Shown piece after piece: positions 27,539-42,248 of a stretch of 64,000 bases of DNA. This DNA comes from Adineta vaga (lineage: Eukaryota; Animalia; Rotifera). The stretch lies in NCBI GenBank assembly GCA_021613535.1, contig CP075496.1:13392001-13456000 (forward strand). The letters run 5' to 3'. Numbering within the stretch: position 1 is the stretch's first letter; each line of letters starts with the position of its first letter. Under the pieces are notes generated by a model that worked only from the letters and a program-made list of their open reading frames with translations, had not been told where the DNA came from and did not search any database. The position numbers and the translations under genes were made by a program.

Positions 27539-28302
27539 ATGGACTGGTTGAATACTTATGAGAATGCTACGGAATTCTATAATGATGCTAATCGTCGCTG
27601 GCCACAAAATAAAAGTCAACCACCTGGAAAATGGATCTTAGGATCGTATGACGATGAATCTATAATCGTTTATCAAGCTTATAATTCTAATATTGCCAAA
27701 TATGCTAGTGAAAATCATCGTTTTATCGGATGTCCAGATTATAATCGAAAACGTATGACATGTAAGAGAGAAATTTCCATTTATTTTGATGTAAATATAG
27801 ATCGAGATTTTTTCCAGGGATCAAGACGAATTTCCTTTGGATGATGTATCGTTCTCAATGGGCAACAGCGCCAAATCAAGAACATATTTTAGCAATATGG
27901 TTACGAAGATCAGCATTTGAGCGTTATTTAGCTCAAGCTTTACATAGTACACATAAAGGTTTACCTGAGGAGAGTGAAGAGAAATCTGCAAAAGATAGGA
28001 CTGATTCAAGTTTAATTCGTTTACAATGGGATCCTGATCATCATCCACATGGTACATCTGTTCCTGGTCGTCGAGCAATTCAATTAGGTTTGAAAAACGT
28101 TGAAAAGTTTCTCGATGGTAGCGATATAATTCGTATTGTCGATATAACTTCATTTGTTCAAAAACAATATCAAAATGCTGTTTTACCGAAAGAACGACTT
28201 GATCAATTAAGAGTTCCTATTGAACATATCTATGTACCAGCAGACGAACAAACTTGTGTTCATATACATTTAGATTCCTGGAAAGAAGACAATGAAGAAT
28301 AA
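27539..28302 (+). CDS. DUF4291 family protein, one intron (27762-27817)
   Basis: IIVYQAYNSNIA, RMT|WIKTNFLWMMYRSQW, QEHILAI, IRLQWDPDH and RRAIQLGL match DUF4291. Confidence 0.85.
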
Positions 28303-28677
28303 AATTATATTTTAAAGAAATTTACATTTAATCTAATATCTCAATTGCTAAGCAAATGTTTGTTGAATATCAAGAAAATAAAATAAAGATATATTTTTAA
28401 AATATGTTAATATGATTTTATTCTATACGTAATTCCGTCGTACATATAAGAATAAAAAGAAAATATAAGCAAAATTGAAGACAAACAATAGAAAAAAAAT
28501 AGAGTAATGAATAGTAGTTAATACACCGTTGAAAAAAAATGATCACTGTATTTATTTGTCTTTTCTTTGTATACATATTGAACAAAGAGAAGTACGAAAT
28601 AAATCTTTGTTCTTTTTCACCATACAAATCATTAATATTTCAAAATTCATTAGTTTCAAATAAGATATACATTTATT

Positions 28678-30057
28678 TTATTGTTTGGTTTGCGATAATG
28701 GTTTCCATGGTTCAGGTGTTGGAAGATTTTCAATTGGAGTAAATCGAAAACGTCTTTCGAAAGCATAATCATACATTAATGCTCCCATATTTCGTTGATC
28801 TATGGGTTGTTCATTGGATACATTATTAGGAGAGTCTGATGGTGGTGGTCGTTGAGGACGTAGTGTACCGACGTTATTGTTAGTTCCTGCCGCTCTTGGT
28901 GGAGGAGGTGGTGGGTGTGATGGTAATGGTGAAGAAGAAGGGGAACCATTTGCGTTTTTCATTCCCATGAATCTGGCAACAGTATCCGCATTGAGTGTAA
29001 CCGTTGGTTGCTGACTATTATTATTCAAAGGTGATGATGATGGTGGTGGTGGAGGTGGAGGACGAGCAGGCTTCTGTTGACTATCTGAAAATGAAAATTG
29101 AAATGTTTTATAAGATGATTCGGTGGGAAAAACTAATGATAATCACTTGACGGAGGTCCTTGTGTATGAACAAATTTTGGTTTATTTTCATTAGATGACG
29201 AAGATGGTGGTGGAGGAGCCTCTCGAGGAGGAACTTTTGGAGTATGCGATGGTGCAACTGGTGACATTGGACGACCAATCTGTCTTGATGTAGCTTCTGC
29301 ATTATCTAAGAAGTGTGTAATAATAGTTTAGATTTGTAATTGATAATCTATCTTTCGATTATTCATTCTTACTTGTATTTCGAATCGTATCCGATGGATT
29401 TGTCGACGGATGAGATGGTCTAATAGGGGATTGCTGTGTATGTGATGATGGTGGTGCTGGAGGTGGATTTGGTTTTACAGGAAACGATTGAACTTGTGGC
29501 GGTTGTAGTGACATAGGGAGAGGTGGAGGCGGTGGCGGTGGTGGTGGTGGTGGTACAGTAGGAGGTGTTGTTGTCTGAGATGATTTAGCAATTGTTGGTT
29601 GTATTGGTGATGGCGGTGCAGGGATATTAACTGGAGAAACATGTGAAATAGCGGTTTTCTCAGTTTCTTGGTTTCTTCCTCTATTGCCACTAGTCGGTTT
29701 TAAAACTACAGCACCAGGGTTAAATGATCCCAGACTAAATGGGGTAGTCACAGGAGCAGTATTTGGTCTGCCATTAGTGTTAGTTCCATTAGGAATTGCA
29801 TTTCGATTAGAATGAGAAGAAGCTGAAGAATCTGGTGTGGCACTCTTGGCTGCATTGTTATTGCTAGAACCTCCAACTATCGGAGCACTTCGATCATTTG
29901 TTACAACTTTTTTTAGACCACCTTTAAAACCACTAATATCATTCAGAAGATTACTTCGATCACCGCCACCTGTCGGCGGACGCACTGCTCCTGCGTTATT
30001 TGCTGGTGGTGGTGGTGGCGGTGGCGGCGGTGGAGGAGGTGGAGGTGGTGGTGGCAT
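28678..30057 (-). CDS. WIPF: WASP-interacting protein (WIP/verprolin), 3 exons
   Basis: Poly-Pro N-terminus, WH2 domain (DRSNLLNDI..GLKKVVTNDRSAP) and C-terminal WASP-binding motif FERRFRFTPIENLPTPEPW. Confidence 0.9.
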
Positions 30058-32558
30058 CTAAGAAATGTTTCACGTTCAATAATCGAGTAGAAGTATCATT
30101 GCTGTATTTTATCTAAAATAGGTGAGAGCACAGAGATAAGATGAAATATCACATCAACAGCGTGAATAATCAAATACGACTGAGAGTCTAGTGAATAAGA
30201 TAAAGCAAAAAAAAAACGCCACGAAAAAAAAATAACGAAATATATAATCATTATAGACATGTTTTTCTCGTTCTATACAATCATTGTCATTCTGTGTCAA
30301 CAAACATTATAGTCGCGCATTATTTTCTTCCTATGTGATGATAAACAAAAACGAAAAAAAACACTCCAAAGAATTCACCATACAGTATTAATCATTAGAA
30401 TAGGCGTGTTATTTTCTAGTTCCTTTATCGTATTTTAAGTTCCTATATTTCAATTTTTCTGTTGAAAAGTAATAACATCCTTTGTTTGAATAAAAATTTA
30501 TTTCTAAAACCATGTGACTATAATAAAGATGCATGCCTTATCTACTGATAGTAAAAAAACAATCAAAAAAAGATTCTTTTTTCTTTACGAAAAAGAGTGG
30601 TAAAAGCTATTTCTAAGATAAATAAAACTGTGTGAAATCAAATATTCTAGTCTCATTTTATTCTCAAAATCGAAATGCATAAATACAAAATACATTATGA
30701 TTCAATGGGGAAAAAACCTCATTCTATATAGCTCATTTTTGAAATAAGAGATGCGACTATCGAAAGATAAGTTATCATTATCTCCAGTCGATAATAGATG
30801 TATTAAATTCGATAGCGAAGCCTGACAAAAGACGAATGATATTCATAGTAATGAAAGATATGACTGAATCGATCCTCTATTAATTTATTTCTTATCATTG
30901 CAGAAACAACGAGACATACTGATGCCCACATAAATATCTCAAACAGAATATTTTTATTCGAAACAAATCAAAAGAATATCTGTTTTAATCATGAACATGA
31001 TATGATCTTTTTTGAAGATAAATGGTCCATCATGAATATAGACAGAGAGCACACAAAACATAGTCGTCACTTCTTTAATGCACTTAATCCTGTTAGTTGT
31101 AATAATAGGAAAAGAGAGATTGGAAAATTACAAAAAAAGTTTTTGTATGTTACCCTAAATGAAGAATACTTGTTGAAGTTTATATAGAAAGCAACTGACT
31201 CGACGAAATGATTTCATCAATAATGTCATACAATATTTGATATTCTGTCGGAAAGGTATTTTTTTTTATAGAGTTTTGACAAATAAAAGAACAAACAGAA
31301 CACAAATAATAATGTTTTTTAAATGACTTGATTGAACATAGACTCGAACCAATCGATGGTACTCGCTGAAAAAAGACTGATTTCGTGCGACATCTTGATA
31401 TAAAGTGTGAAAATGATCACAAATCATTTCAGTCATTGTGTTTGACATGTAAATAAAATAATTGAATGCATTTACGTATCTTTTGACCAAATATTGATTC
31501 ATCAAGGTCAATCTCATTGTAAAACATATTGAATATACTTGAACAAGTTCGAACTTTGTTTTTTTTTCATTCGCCTTTGTTCTAAGGTTCTTTTTCTTTG
31601 CTTGTATATGTCTTCCTCTCATTTAAGATAGGTATTACTTCGTGATATGTATGATAAATAATGCTTCGACGATACACGTGAAGAACAGTTAACATCAGAC
31701 AGACAGACTGACGCACATCACATCGTATCGTATCTATTTATTCGCAACCCCACTATTCCACAGGCCATAGATCGATAATAACAAAAGAAGAAGAAGAACT
31801 ACCATCATTATTTTCTTTCCCGTGATCATGACTAACAACAAGATTATCATTCATATTCTCTATTTCTTATTGTTAATGAGAAGATAATCGAATACGACTG
31901 TGCTATTTTGTCTATATTATATATCTGATTTGAACAGAACATTGTCGTAAGTTCGTGTATTATTTTATTGAATCATCTCAGTATATAGATAGAGATTTTG
32001 TTAGTATAAATCAATTGAGTCAATATTGTCTCATGTGTTGATAGAACATGTTCAGATGATATTATATTCAGATGTGAAAGAGAGAAAATATTGGGTAAAT
32101 AAGAAAATAAAATATGATTATTTTTGTTGTAAAATTTGACATCAAGAGAATCTTTTTTTCCTCTTTGCATCATAATTTTTCCTCTTCTGTTCCTATGTTA
32201 CTCACACATACTTTTTACTCGTTCTCTTTTTTTTCTTTATTTTTTTACTCGAGTTGTGTGCCTGTTTGAATGTTAAGGTCTTGTCATATTTCCGCGTCTT
32301 TTATTAGACGAGAAAGAAAACATTCGTTACTTGTCGTTGTCAACCGATTATTCAGCAGAATTTTTCTGAAAATTATGTATGAGTTTTTTCAATAGTGTAG
32401 AATTCTCAGATTTCTTCTTCTTTTTCATTTCTAGACTTTCATAAAATATATAAAATCATTGTTGGTACGAGAGAAATAACGTCAATCAAGTGTTCATTCA
32501 TGTGTAAAGAAGGAACGAGGAAGTTGATTTTTTAAATTTCTAGAGTAATAAGATTGAA

Positions 32559-35104
32559 ATGGCAAAATCTATTACACCAGATAGTTGTATTCGGTATGAA
32601 CCACCAAAACAAGGCTTAGATAGAAAACGTTCCTGTACAGGTAAGAAATGATGAACTTGGATGAATTAAAAAGATAATTGATTCGAATTTTAGATATTCC
32701 ATGTTGTTTGATTTTCTTAATATTTATCGGTGGCTTTGTTATTCTAAGTATTTTCGCTTTTCAAGAAGGTATATAAAAGATTTTCGAAATATCGAGTTTT
32801 ATCTTACTGGTGAGTTTCAATAGGTGATCCAAAACAACTTCTTCATCCTACCGATAGTCAAGGGAATCTTTGTGGATCAGGCAATTTACAAGATCGACCT
32901 TATGTCTATTTCTTTGATTGGACTAAATGCATTAAATCAGTTAATTTTGCTGCTAACATGTTGAAAGGTCGTCCATTCGTTTGTCCAACAACTCAAATTT
33001 GCGTTCAACAATGTCCAAATGAATCTACATATTTTGGACTTAGTAATTATCAAGCAAATCGTGTATGTACATACGATGTTACTGCAACTCAGAATGACAA
33101 TGATCAACTGGTAGAAAATGGAAAATGTGCACATTATATCTTAGCAAGTAAACCACTGTTTGGTCGATGTATTCCAGAAACTTTACAAAGTTTAGCGAAT
33201 GATTTTTTTCAAGTTTGTAAACAAGTTTCATTATTCTTCGAATAATTTTTTCGATCTTGTACAGGTAGTAGATAATAATAATGTTACGAAGAATATAACT
33301 GATTCAAATGGACAACCGTTGACTCGAACTGAAATTGGAAAGGTAATCAATTCTTTTTTCTATGTAAGAATTGATTTCAAGATGATATTTTCTTTAGGGT
33401 GTGAAATATTTAGTTGATCTTTTGAATTTAAAACAATTAAGTGCATTTCTTGTCGAAGATTTTACTACATCATGGAAATATATTTTAATTGCATTAGCTT
33501 TTGCTGCCGTTCTATCGGTATATTAAATGAATTGTTTTGTTGCTTTTCTTCTTCTAATAGATAAATGAGAATTCTTTTTAGTTTGTATGGATTTTATTGA
33601 TGCGTTGGCTTGCAAAACCAGTAGTTTGGCTTGGTATTCTTTTATTTATCTTTATGTTAGGAATCATTACTGGTTTTGCATTTTATGAATTTGATCAACT
33701 TCGAAAGAAAAATGATAATCAAATTTTAACAGAATTCAAATTTGTTGCCGATGCAAATTATTATCGAACTTTACCAATAACATGGCTAATTATTGGTATT
33801 ATATCAGCTATTCTACTTCTTATTTCAATTCTTGTCTTTTTGGCTCTTTTAAAACGTCTTCGAATCGCTTTAGCTATACTTAAAGAAGCATCGAAAGCAG
33901 TTGGTTACAATTTTTTTAGTCTTTTCTGGCCATTTATTCCATTTTTATTACAAATTGGAATATTTTTCTATTGGGCTGTTGTTGCTATTCATCTAGCTAC
34001 AGCAGGAAAACCAATTTATCGTATAGTTTTTAATGAAACATTAGCAAATACAACTAATGTACAATTAGGAGAAATTTGTGATCCAAAGAAATGGAATAAT
34101 ACAAATGGATCAAATCAACAATGTGTCTTTTGGGAATATGGTTATGATCCACAAGTTGATTTAGATAGTATACTAAATGGTATATAACATTTTTAGAATC
34201 GAATAAAACTCATCTTGTTATATTGATTTAGGAACGGGTCAACATTTTAAATCTTTTATACAATTTGTCAATCAAAATCAATGGTTACCTCAACTTTTTT
34301 CTGCTTTTATGTTATTTTGGTTAACTGCTTTTGTTATTGGATTTAGTCAATTAGTTCTCGGTAAGTTTTTATAACAATAGAGATTAATGGAAGTCTATTT
34401 CTATTCTAGCTGGTATTTATGCACGTTATTATTGGGATCGTGAACGATTTGGTGTTCCATGTTCATCATTATTTGCATCTCTTTTTCGTGCACTTATATT
34501 TCATCTTGGTACAGTTGCATTTGGTGCTTTATTAATCGCAATTGTGAAACTTATTCGTGGTATTCTTGAATATTTTGAAGAGAAAGTTAAAGATAAAACT
34601 GGTACAATTGCTCGATGTTTATTCTGTTGTTGTCGTTGTTGTTTATTTTGTTTGGAAAAATTCTTAAAATTTCTTAATCGTAATGCTTATATTATTACTG
34701 CTATCTATGGTACAGGATTTTTTACATCTGCACGACGTGCCTTTCATCTTATTGTGTCCAATCCTCTTCGTCTACTTGTTATTGATAAAGTTTGTGATTT
34801 TCTCATTTTTCTTGGTAAATTATGCATTACAGCTGGTATTGGTATTCTTGCTTTCTTCTTCTTTACACGTCGAATTGCACAAGCAGAAAAATATGTTCCA
34901 GAATTACATTATTATGCAGTACCTTTATTATTGATTATCATTGGAACATACATTATCGCAACATGTTTCTTTTCAGTTTATTCAATTGCAGTTGATACAT
35001 TATTTATTTGTGCAATACAAGATATACAATTACATGAAAGTAATAAAGATCATCACTTAATGATGCCAAAAGGTTTGAAGAAAGTATTTCGTGTTCAAGA
35101 ATAA
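32559..35104 (+). CDS. SLC44A: Choline transporter-like protein (CTL/SLC44A family), multi-exon
   Basis: RKRSCTD.PCC, PTDSQGNLCG, CPTTQICVQQCP, HLGTVAFGALLI, CCRCCLFCLEKFLKFLNRNAYI, AVDTLFIC. Confidence 0.92.
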
Positions 35105-35347
35105 CAAAAATTGAAATGAACTTTTTCCTTGTTTATAACAAATGAAAGCAAAATCTTCATATGAAATCCCGCACAAAAGAATTGAAAATTTACATCTTGA
35201 ATGCTTCTATATCATTTACTTTGTTCTTTATTTTTTTGTATTAGTTGAATATTGCAATAAATATTTTCAAACGTTGATATATTAATTTAAAAGATCATCC
35301 AATACATCGAGTGTTTAAAAATAGATATTTCATTTTTCTTTCTTTCT

Positions 35348-36947
35348 TTATTTATTTGCAAGAAGATTTTTCCAATTAAATGGTACATCAATATCACATG
35401 CTTGTACTCGATCACTAATATCTGGACCTAGTGGTGATCGACTTTCAGGAGCAAGATTATCAGGCATTTTTGATAGTATATTTAAAGATCGTTGATATCG
35501 TTCAATACCATTCCTTTCGAAAAGAATGTAAATGATATTTTAACATTTACTATGTAATTTCCTACCAAGCAATCATTACACCATTATCTGTACATAATTG
35601 TGGTGGTGGACAAACAAGTTCAACTCCATAATGAGCACAAAGATCATGGATGCGTTGTCGAAGATATAAATTACTTGATACACCTCCGGACAACACCTAA
35701 ATAGACATAAATTTTCGTAGATTTCGAGAAATTCTTAATTTTTTTTTACATACAAGTGTTCGTTTCCATTGTGGTTTTTGAACAATATCACAAAATAATA
35801 TTGCTCGATGAATACGTGTTTCTATATGTCGAACAACACTTGCTTGAATGCAGGCAGCAAAATCTCTCAGTTTTTGTTCATCGAAGTTAAGAGATCCTAA
35901 CACAACATGTGCGATGTGTAAACAAATAAAGAAGAAGAAATAAGATACCACAATGAATCGTTTCTTTTTCAACTACTCGATTAATCTGTGATAGCATACC
36001 ACCAAAACTAAATGAACAATCTTTGATTTTAGCAGAATATTTTGATGTTATTAATTGATATCGATTTTCATCACCATCTCGAGCTAAATGTCCAATCGCT
36101 GCTCCTCCGACCATATCTCGAACTAGTGGATGTTCATGTAATTTCATTGCTCGGGCACTCTATATCAAAGATATATTCGATTTTCATATTTGAAATGATT
36201 CCAAACATAGTTTCAACTAACCTTATCAAATGCTTCTCCCGGAGCAATATCTTTAGTTTCACCGAGTCGATAAAATTTATCAACATCTTCAACAATTCCT
36301 AAAATACAATGACCACCACTGGCTAATAAGACCATATATGGAAATGAGACACTATGAAATAAAAGCAATCAATATTTGTTCGAAATAGAAAACAAATAAA
36401 TCATTTACTTATGCGTTAATCGAACAGTAAGTGCATGTGCTTCCATATGATGAATGGGAAGAAATGATAGATGGGTATATTTCTGAAGAAGTTGACGTGT
36501 AAAATTTATTCCTTGCCATAATGAAATAACTAGACCAGGTTTGACACTTGTGGCAATAGCAGCAATTGTCTAGACTATATAGAAGTCAAATGTATTAGCT
36601 CGTTTAATAATAAAATATAGATCAAATTTCCAATCGTTTTGATCTTTCTTTTTCTTTTCATCAGAAAATTGATTTTGAAATCGTGAATGACTTACATCCC
36701 ATTCAATATCTTTCATTGCTTCCGCAACTACTGGTACTAAATTTTCATAATGATGATTTTTTGCAATACTTGGTACAATACCACCCCATGGTTGATGATA
36801 TTTCAATTGATTTCGACATGCTTGCCTTAGAATTGTTCGGTCACTATCAACAACAGCTGCTGCTGTATCATCACAACTCGTTTCAATACCTAAGATTCTC
36901 AATGGTTGATGAAATCGATGAGTTGATAAACGTCGTATGATCATCAT
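35348..36947 (-). CDS. OSGEPL1: Mitochondrial tRNA N6-adenosine threonylcarbamoyltransferase (Qri7/TsaD family)
   Basis: [67 protein letters not shown]; Arg-rich presequence-like N-terminus. Confidence 0.9.
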
Positions 36948-37540
36948 CTAATCAATAAAAAAGAAATGAACAATCTAGTTTTATTGCATCATACATGACA
37001 TCGAGTTCCATCATTTTACATTCATCATTTAACAACAATTACACGATAAAAAAAGAAGATGATATTCACATCAATATACAATGGAAAGATAAAAGATCAA
37101 TAAAAAAAGAGATATTGCGTCTTTTCGTTATGCAAAGCCAAGATCTTCCAGTACACTTCGTTTTTCTTCAAGTTCATTCTAAAAGAAAAAGTAAATAAAT
37201 ACATAATAATGATTAATTTTACGTCAAAATAAAGCATAGTCACACACAGCTTTACATGTAAAGCATAGATAGAGATAAATCTCATGCATAAATCGTGTAC
37301 TTTTTTTATTTTAATTCTACATGTGTTTGACATACAAAAAAAAGACAACACTGAGGAGAAGAAGAAGAAGAAGAAGCAATCTCTTGAAAATACTCGAAAT
37401 CTGACGAAATCATAAACGCGAGTTAATTATGAAAAATAGAATTGGAATTGGAACAAAAACAACGAAAGAAATGTCAAACACATGCAAATAAAGCGTGCTT
37501 GTCTTTTTTTTAAAATAATCATCATTCAAGCAGGATGTTC

Positions 37541-38516
37541 TTATCCAAGACCATGATCTTCAAAGAAACCCTGTGGTGTTTCTTCCTAGAAATAGATAGA
37601 TACAAAAGGAAAACAAAGCTAGAAAGCATTTGCAATATGCGAAGAAAGAGAAAATTTCATTGCGATTTAGTTTTATTCAGAAGAAGAAGAAGAAGAAGAA
37701 TTTCAATTTGTTCTTTTTTTCAAAGAATAAGCACCCTTAATTAATAGATTTATATAAAAATTAAATCAATCCGTATTCATAGAGTATTTCTTGAAGTTGA
37801 TCATCCTATGAATGATATTATATGTTGTAAAGCGTGTTTTTCAATTGTTTTTTTTCAACATATATGTGTGAATAGCTTTGTTATTTGTTTGGAAAATCTC
37901 AGCGAAAAAATTTCAATTCTAAACTTACCTCTTGTATAACATCTTGATCATTAATAGCTTTGAGAACACATTTTTTACTTGTTTCTTGAATTTCACCACC
38001 GAGTATGAATTCATCAAAGATAAAATATGCTTTCTCAAAATTGAAGATGATATCCAATTCACATACCTATTGATTCAATCTAATAGTTTGTAAATAACTA
38101 CGAAAATTGACTTACACTGCCAAAATATTTATCAAGTAATTCAACATAACGATGAATCGTTTCTAATGTTAATAATTCATTGTCATCTTGTTCAACAGCA
38201 CAACAGAAATAAAGACTAGCATATCTTAACGAAACAAACAAGGATGAACGAGTAGTATAGATGATATTATTACCGTTTATAGACAACTTTCAGATCTTTC
38301 CATTCGAGAAAACTTGACATTTTTGGTTTACGCGAGAGAACTGCTGCAATTAATTCACGTGTTGTTTTTTTCTTAGTTTTATCCGTTTGGGTTGTGTACC
38401 ATTTTTGCAAACGAAGTTTACCTTGCCGACTGAACAAGAGAATAAATTGGATCTAAATAAAATCAATAAATACATCAACAAACTCATCGAAAAACAATAA
38501 GATTCAAACTTACCAT
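37541..38516 (-). CDS. AP1S: AP-1 adaptor complex sigma subunit, with two alternative 45-nt last coding exons (37761-37805, 37541-37585)
   Basis: M|[19 protein letters not shown]...KVVYKR|[33 protein letters not shown]|[30 protein letters not shown]. Confidence 0.93.
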
Positions 38517-39141
38517 ATTATTTGTTATTCGTAAGAGAAAAGAATAGAAAATAATCTAAAACATATATAGATATGGATCTATACTATGGTTTATTTTGTA
38601 ATTTGCAATAGAGAACTACAAAATAAAGATAGATTTTTATTCAAATCAAATGATAAAAACAAAAAACAAATCAACATACAATAACCGGACATATTGTTAT
38701 CGCTTAACTGTTCCAATTATTGTTTTTCTCTTTTCGTTCTCTTTCGTTACAAATCCTGTTTATCTATCTGACAATAACAAAAACAAAACAAAAAACAAAC
38801 AAAAAAAGAAAAATCCTGAGTTATAAAGTTCCTTCTTCTTTTTCTTCTTCTTTTTTTTCTATGTATCATTCTGAATTTCTCTTGCTTTTTCAAAATATAC
38901 ATCACATCAACATAGAACATTATGTTGAAAATAAACAAAAATGAATGAGAACTCGTGGAAACACAAGTTCTACCAGTAAATATCGATAATGAAGAAAAAA
39001 AGATCGAAGGAAAGAAACAAAAACTATAAAAAGAAAAAAAGAGAATATAATCATATATATATAAATGATGATACTGTTACAAATATATAAAAAAGTGAGC
39101 TCGGTACTTGAAAGATAAAACAAACAGAGAGAACTGATAGT

Positions 39142-42100
39142 CTAAACTGCCGTCATCAATGTCGAACGAATGTTCGAATTATTATTGTTTAAATTCGCAT
39201 TGATATTCGATGATGTCGGACGGATGGTTGTAAATGAGGAACTAGTCGATTTTATCGTTGGTCTGGACGATATAAAAGCAGATGAAGGACTGTGATTGAA
39301 TGGAATAACAAAACGAAATTTGCCTATGCCTTCATTTTTTGTTAAATTATCATAACCTTGAGAATATGGAGTTTCTTCGTCGTCATCATTTTGATTCGTA
39401 ATGGTCGATGAAAGTAATGGTTCAACAGATCGAGCACTTCGTATACTTGGTCTTTGATATTGTTCAAGAGGTGTAACAACACATTTCGTTGAACGTTCAA
39501 TAGTAATTGGAATATCATAAACACGTTTTGGCATAGACTAAAAGAAAAGAGAAATCATTTATTTTACATCTTGATTTTGTTCTAATCTATGTACTTGTTC
39601 TCGAAATTGAATACGTTGATCATCAGTTGTATTAGATGGTGAGACATGAGTGGTGGTAAAACGAGGTAAAGGTAATGGAGAAGATGGAAGTGTATCATAG
39701 GTTTGAGGACAAGAAGAACGTTCATTCGGATTTGGTGTTTGCGGAATTGATATTGATGATGAAGAAAAAGGTTTGACAAAAAGATTTGCAAGTTTATTAA
39801 CATATTCTGTTGGAGTATTGTGAATAGGTGAAGGACGTGGTAATGGATTTTGACGACGACGAGAATGTCGATGTTGTGTTGAAGAATTATCCGATGCACG
39901 TATACAAAAAACAGTGTTTTCTGGAGAAGATGAAGGATCACCATTTGAACGAGATGATTTGGATTTTACACGATGAGATTTATGACCATTGTGTCGAGAT
40001 GAATGAGATTCCGAACGACTAAATGATATAAAATTTTAAAAAAAACGTTCTCAATGGAAAAAAGAATCTTACTGCTGTTCATCATGATTTTTGATTTTAT
40101 CACGTCGTTGTGGTGGAACAACTACATGATTATTATTTCGATCAACTGGAGTAGACATAACGACGACATTATCATAAGATTTTGGTTGATCATATGTTTC
40201 ATTAGTTGATGTCACAATTGATCCATTCGTCATTCGACGTACAGGTACAATTAATGTTCCATCATGACCGTCATTATTATGTAATTTCGATGCATTATGA
40301 TAGATAGTTGCTTTTATAATTGGAGTCGAAGGTTGAGGAGTAGGAATTGATTTTGCACTTGAAGAAGAATAAATTTCTATTGAAGAAAAAAGAAATGATC
40401 AAACGATTGTCTTTTTTTCTAAATTTTACCATTCGATTGACCAAGATTAATAGTTGCGGATGAACTATCCACATCGGAATAAATATGTGGTTGAGATGAA
40501 CTCATTGATAATTGTCGATGTTTACTTAAAGGTGTCGATGTTGCACTTCCACTTGCTGTAAATATATATTGTGAACTACCTTTGATTTCAACGTATTTTG
40601 CTAATGTATTCAATAATCTTCCCATACTATAAATATTATTTCCACGAATAAAAATTGTTTCACTTTGCTCATCAATTAATGCAAATTGTATATCACGTGT
40701 TTTTTCTTCAGGAAAAGATAATTTACAACGTTTTAAACATAATTCATGGTCTGTCTGTTCACTTAAACGAGATTTATGTATACGAAAGATTCCATCTACT
40801 ATCGTACAATATTTCGTAACAAAGGTATTATTATCCATGGATACAACAAGAAAACCTGTATGGAATTAATTTAGTTATTGTTGATTTTGATTCGAGATGA
40901 AGAAAAAGAACTTTACCTCGTAATTCACAATGTTTTCGTGTTTTTTCATCAACACCTGTTACATTAGCCATTTGATCGAGTAAATGCGAAACGATCTGAC
41001 CTTTCTTACGATTAAATTGAGCGAATATACGACGAGCATTACGTGAAAGTGTTTTCACGTTACTTCGACCTTTTAAATTATCTTTTGATTTTTGTGAAGA
41101 AGACGTCGCATCTTGAAATGACTTTAATAAGAAAGAGAGAGAGAGAATTCAATTTCAATAAACAAAAGAAAATGATATTTCAATTTACTTTAAGCCAACT
41201 ATTCAATTGATTTGGTTCCAATGGTCGAACATAGATGGCTTCGGAAAGACCCATTTGTAAACATAAACATTCGAAATTATCAACAACTGTTATATGAACT
41301 TTTGCATTTGTCATATCAGATACCCATAATGGTGAACTATCATTATCCGATTGGATTTGATTTGTAGATAGAGATGTTTTATCTGCTGCAAAACAAATTA
41401 GATCATAATCATCAAGAACATAATAACGCCAGATCCAATTATGATTTTCATCATAAGTTAAAAGAGGACCATTAGCAATTATGGTTGATGTTGGTGTTGA
41501 CATTGATAATCGACTAGCTGGTTTTGAAGGGAGGTTATCATGATCACCTATGTTTTCAATGAGAAATTAAAAACAAAAAAATGTATTTTTTTTATAGTGT
41601 TTAAAAGAAGAATTACCATTGGGAGTTTGTGGTGATAATGGTTCGAGATAAGTATTTTTTGGAACATCGATATACCATTGACTTTGTGCATCTGTTGGTT
41701 TATGTTTATTAGTACAATTTATGTGATTGTCATTGTTCGATGAACGTCGAATGACAAGTGGTGTTGATTGCTGCTGTTGTAATCGTTGTTGTTCTTCTTC
41801 AAATTGTTTTTTACGTTCTTCTTCTTCTTCATCCGTAAAATCATCGCTATCATCATCAGTTACATTATTTGAACGGAATCTGACAGAAAAGAAACACAAA
41901 TTAGGAAAAAAAAGATCTTTTATTTATTGAAATGATTTACAATGATTGATCATCAGGTATTGGTGTTGGTTGTGAAGTTGCAGGTCTACTAAGTTCATCC
42001 AGTCTATCAGCATACATAGCAGCAATTTGCCGATGATCGTGATCTAGATTTGTACTGCTCAACATAGAACGAAGAAACGTTTCAAGACCGGGTAAAAGTT

Positions 42101-42248
42101 CTATGAGTACAAATAAGGTTTTAATTATCTAGTAAACAATGAATTCAATTCTAATCTTACCATTAACATTATTTGTTGACGTTGTAGAGGCCATTTCAGT
42201 CGATGATATGAATAAGTCGATATTAGACGACGATTGTCGATCACGCAT
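39142..42248 (-). CDS. Two-PH-domain adaptor protein (AFAP1/SKAP-like N-terminal helix), multi-exon
   Basis: PH-like blocks at 41180-41503 (NGPLL..WIWRYYVL...LNSWLK) and 40419-40860 (FVTKYCTI...ELCLKRC), followed by a long S/P/R-rich tail. N-terminal ELLPGLETFLRSMLSSTNL resembles the AFAP/SKAP N-terminus. Exons are linked by GT-AG introns. Confidence 0.55.
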
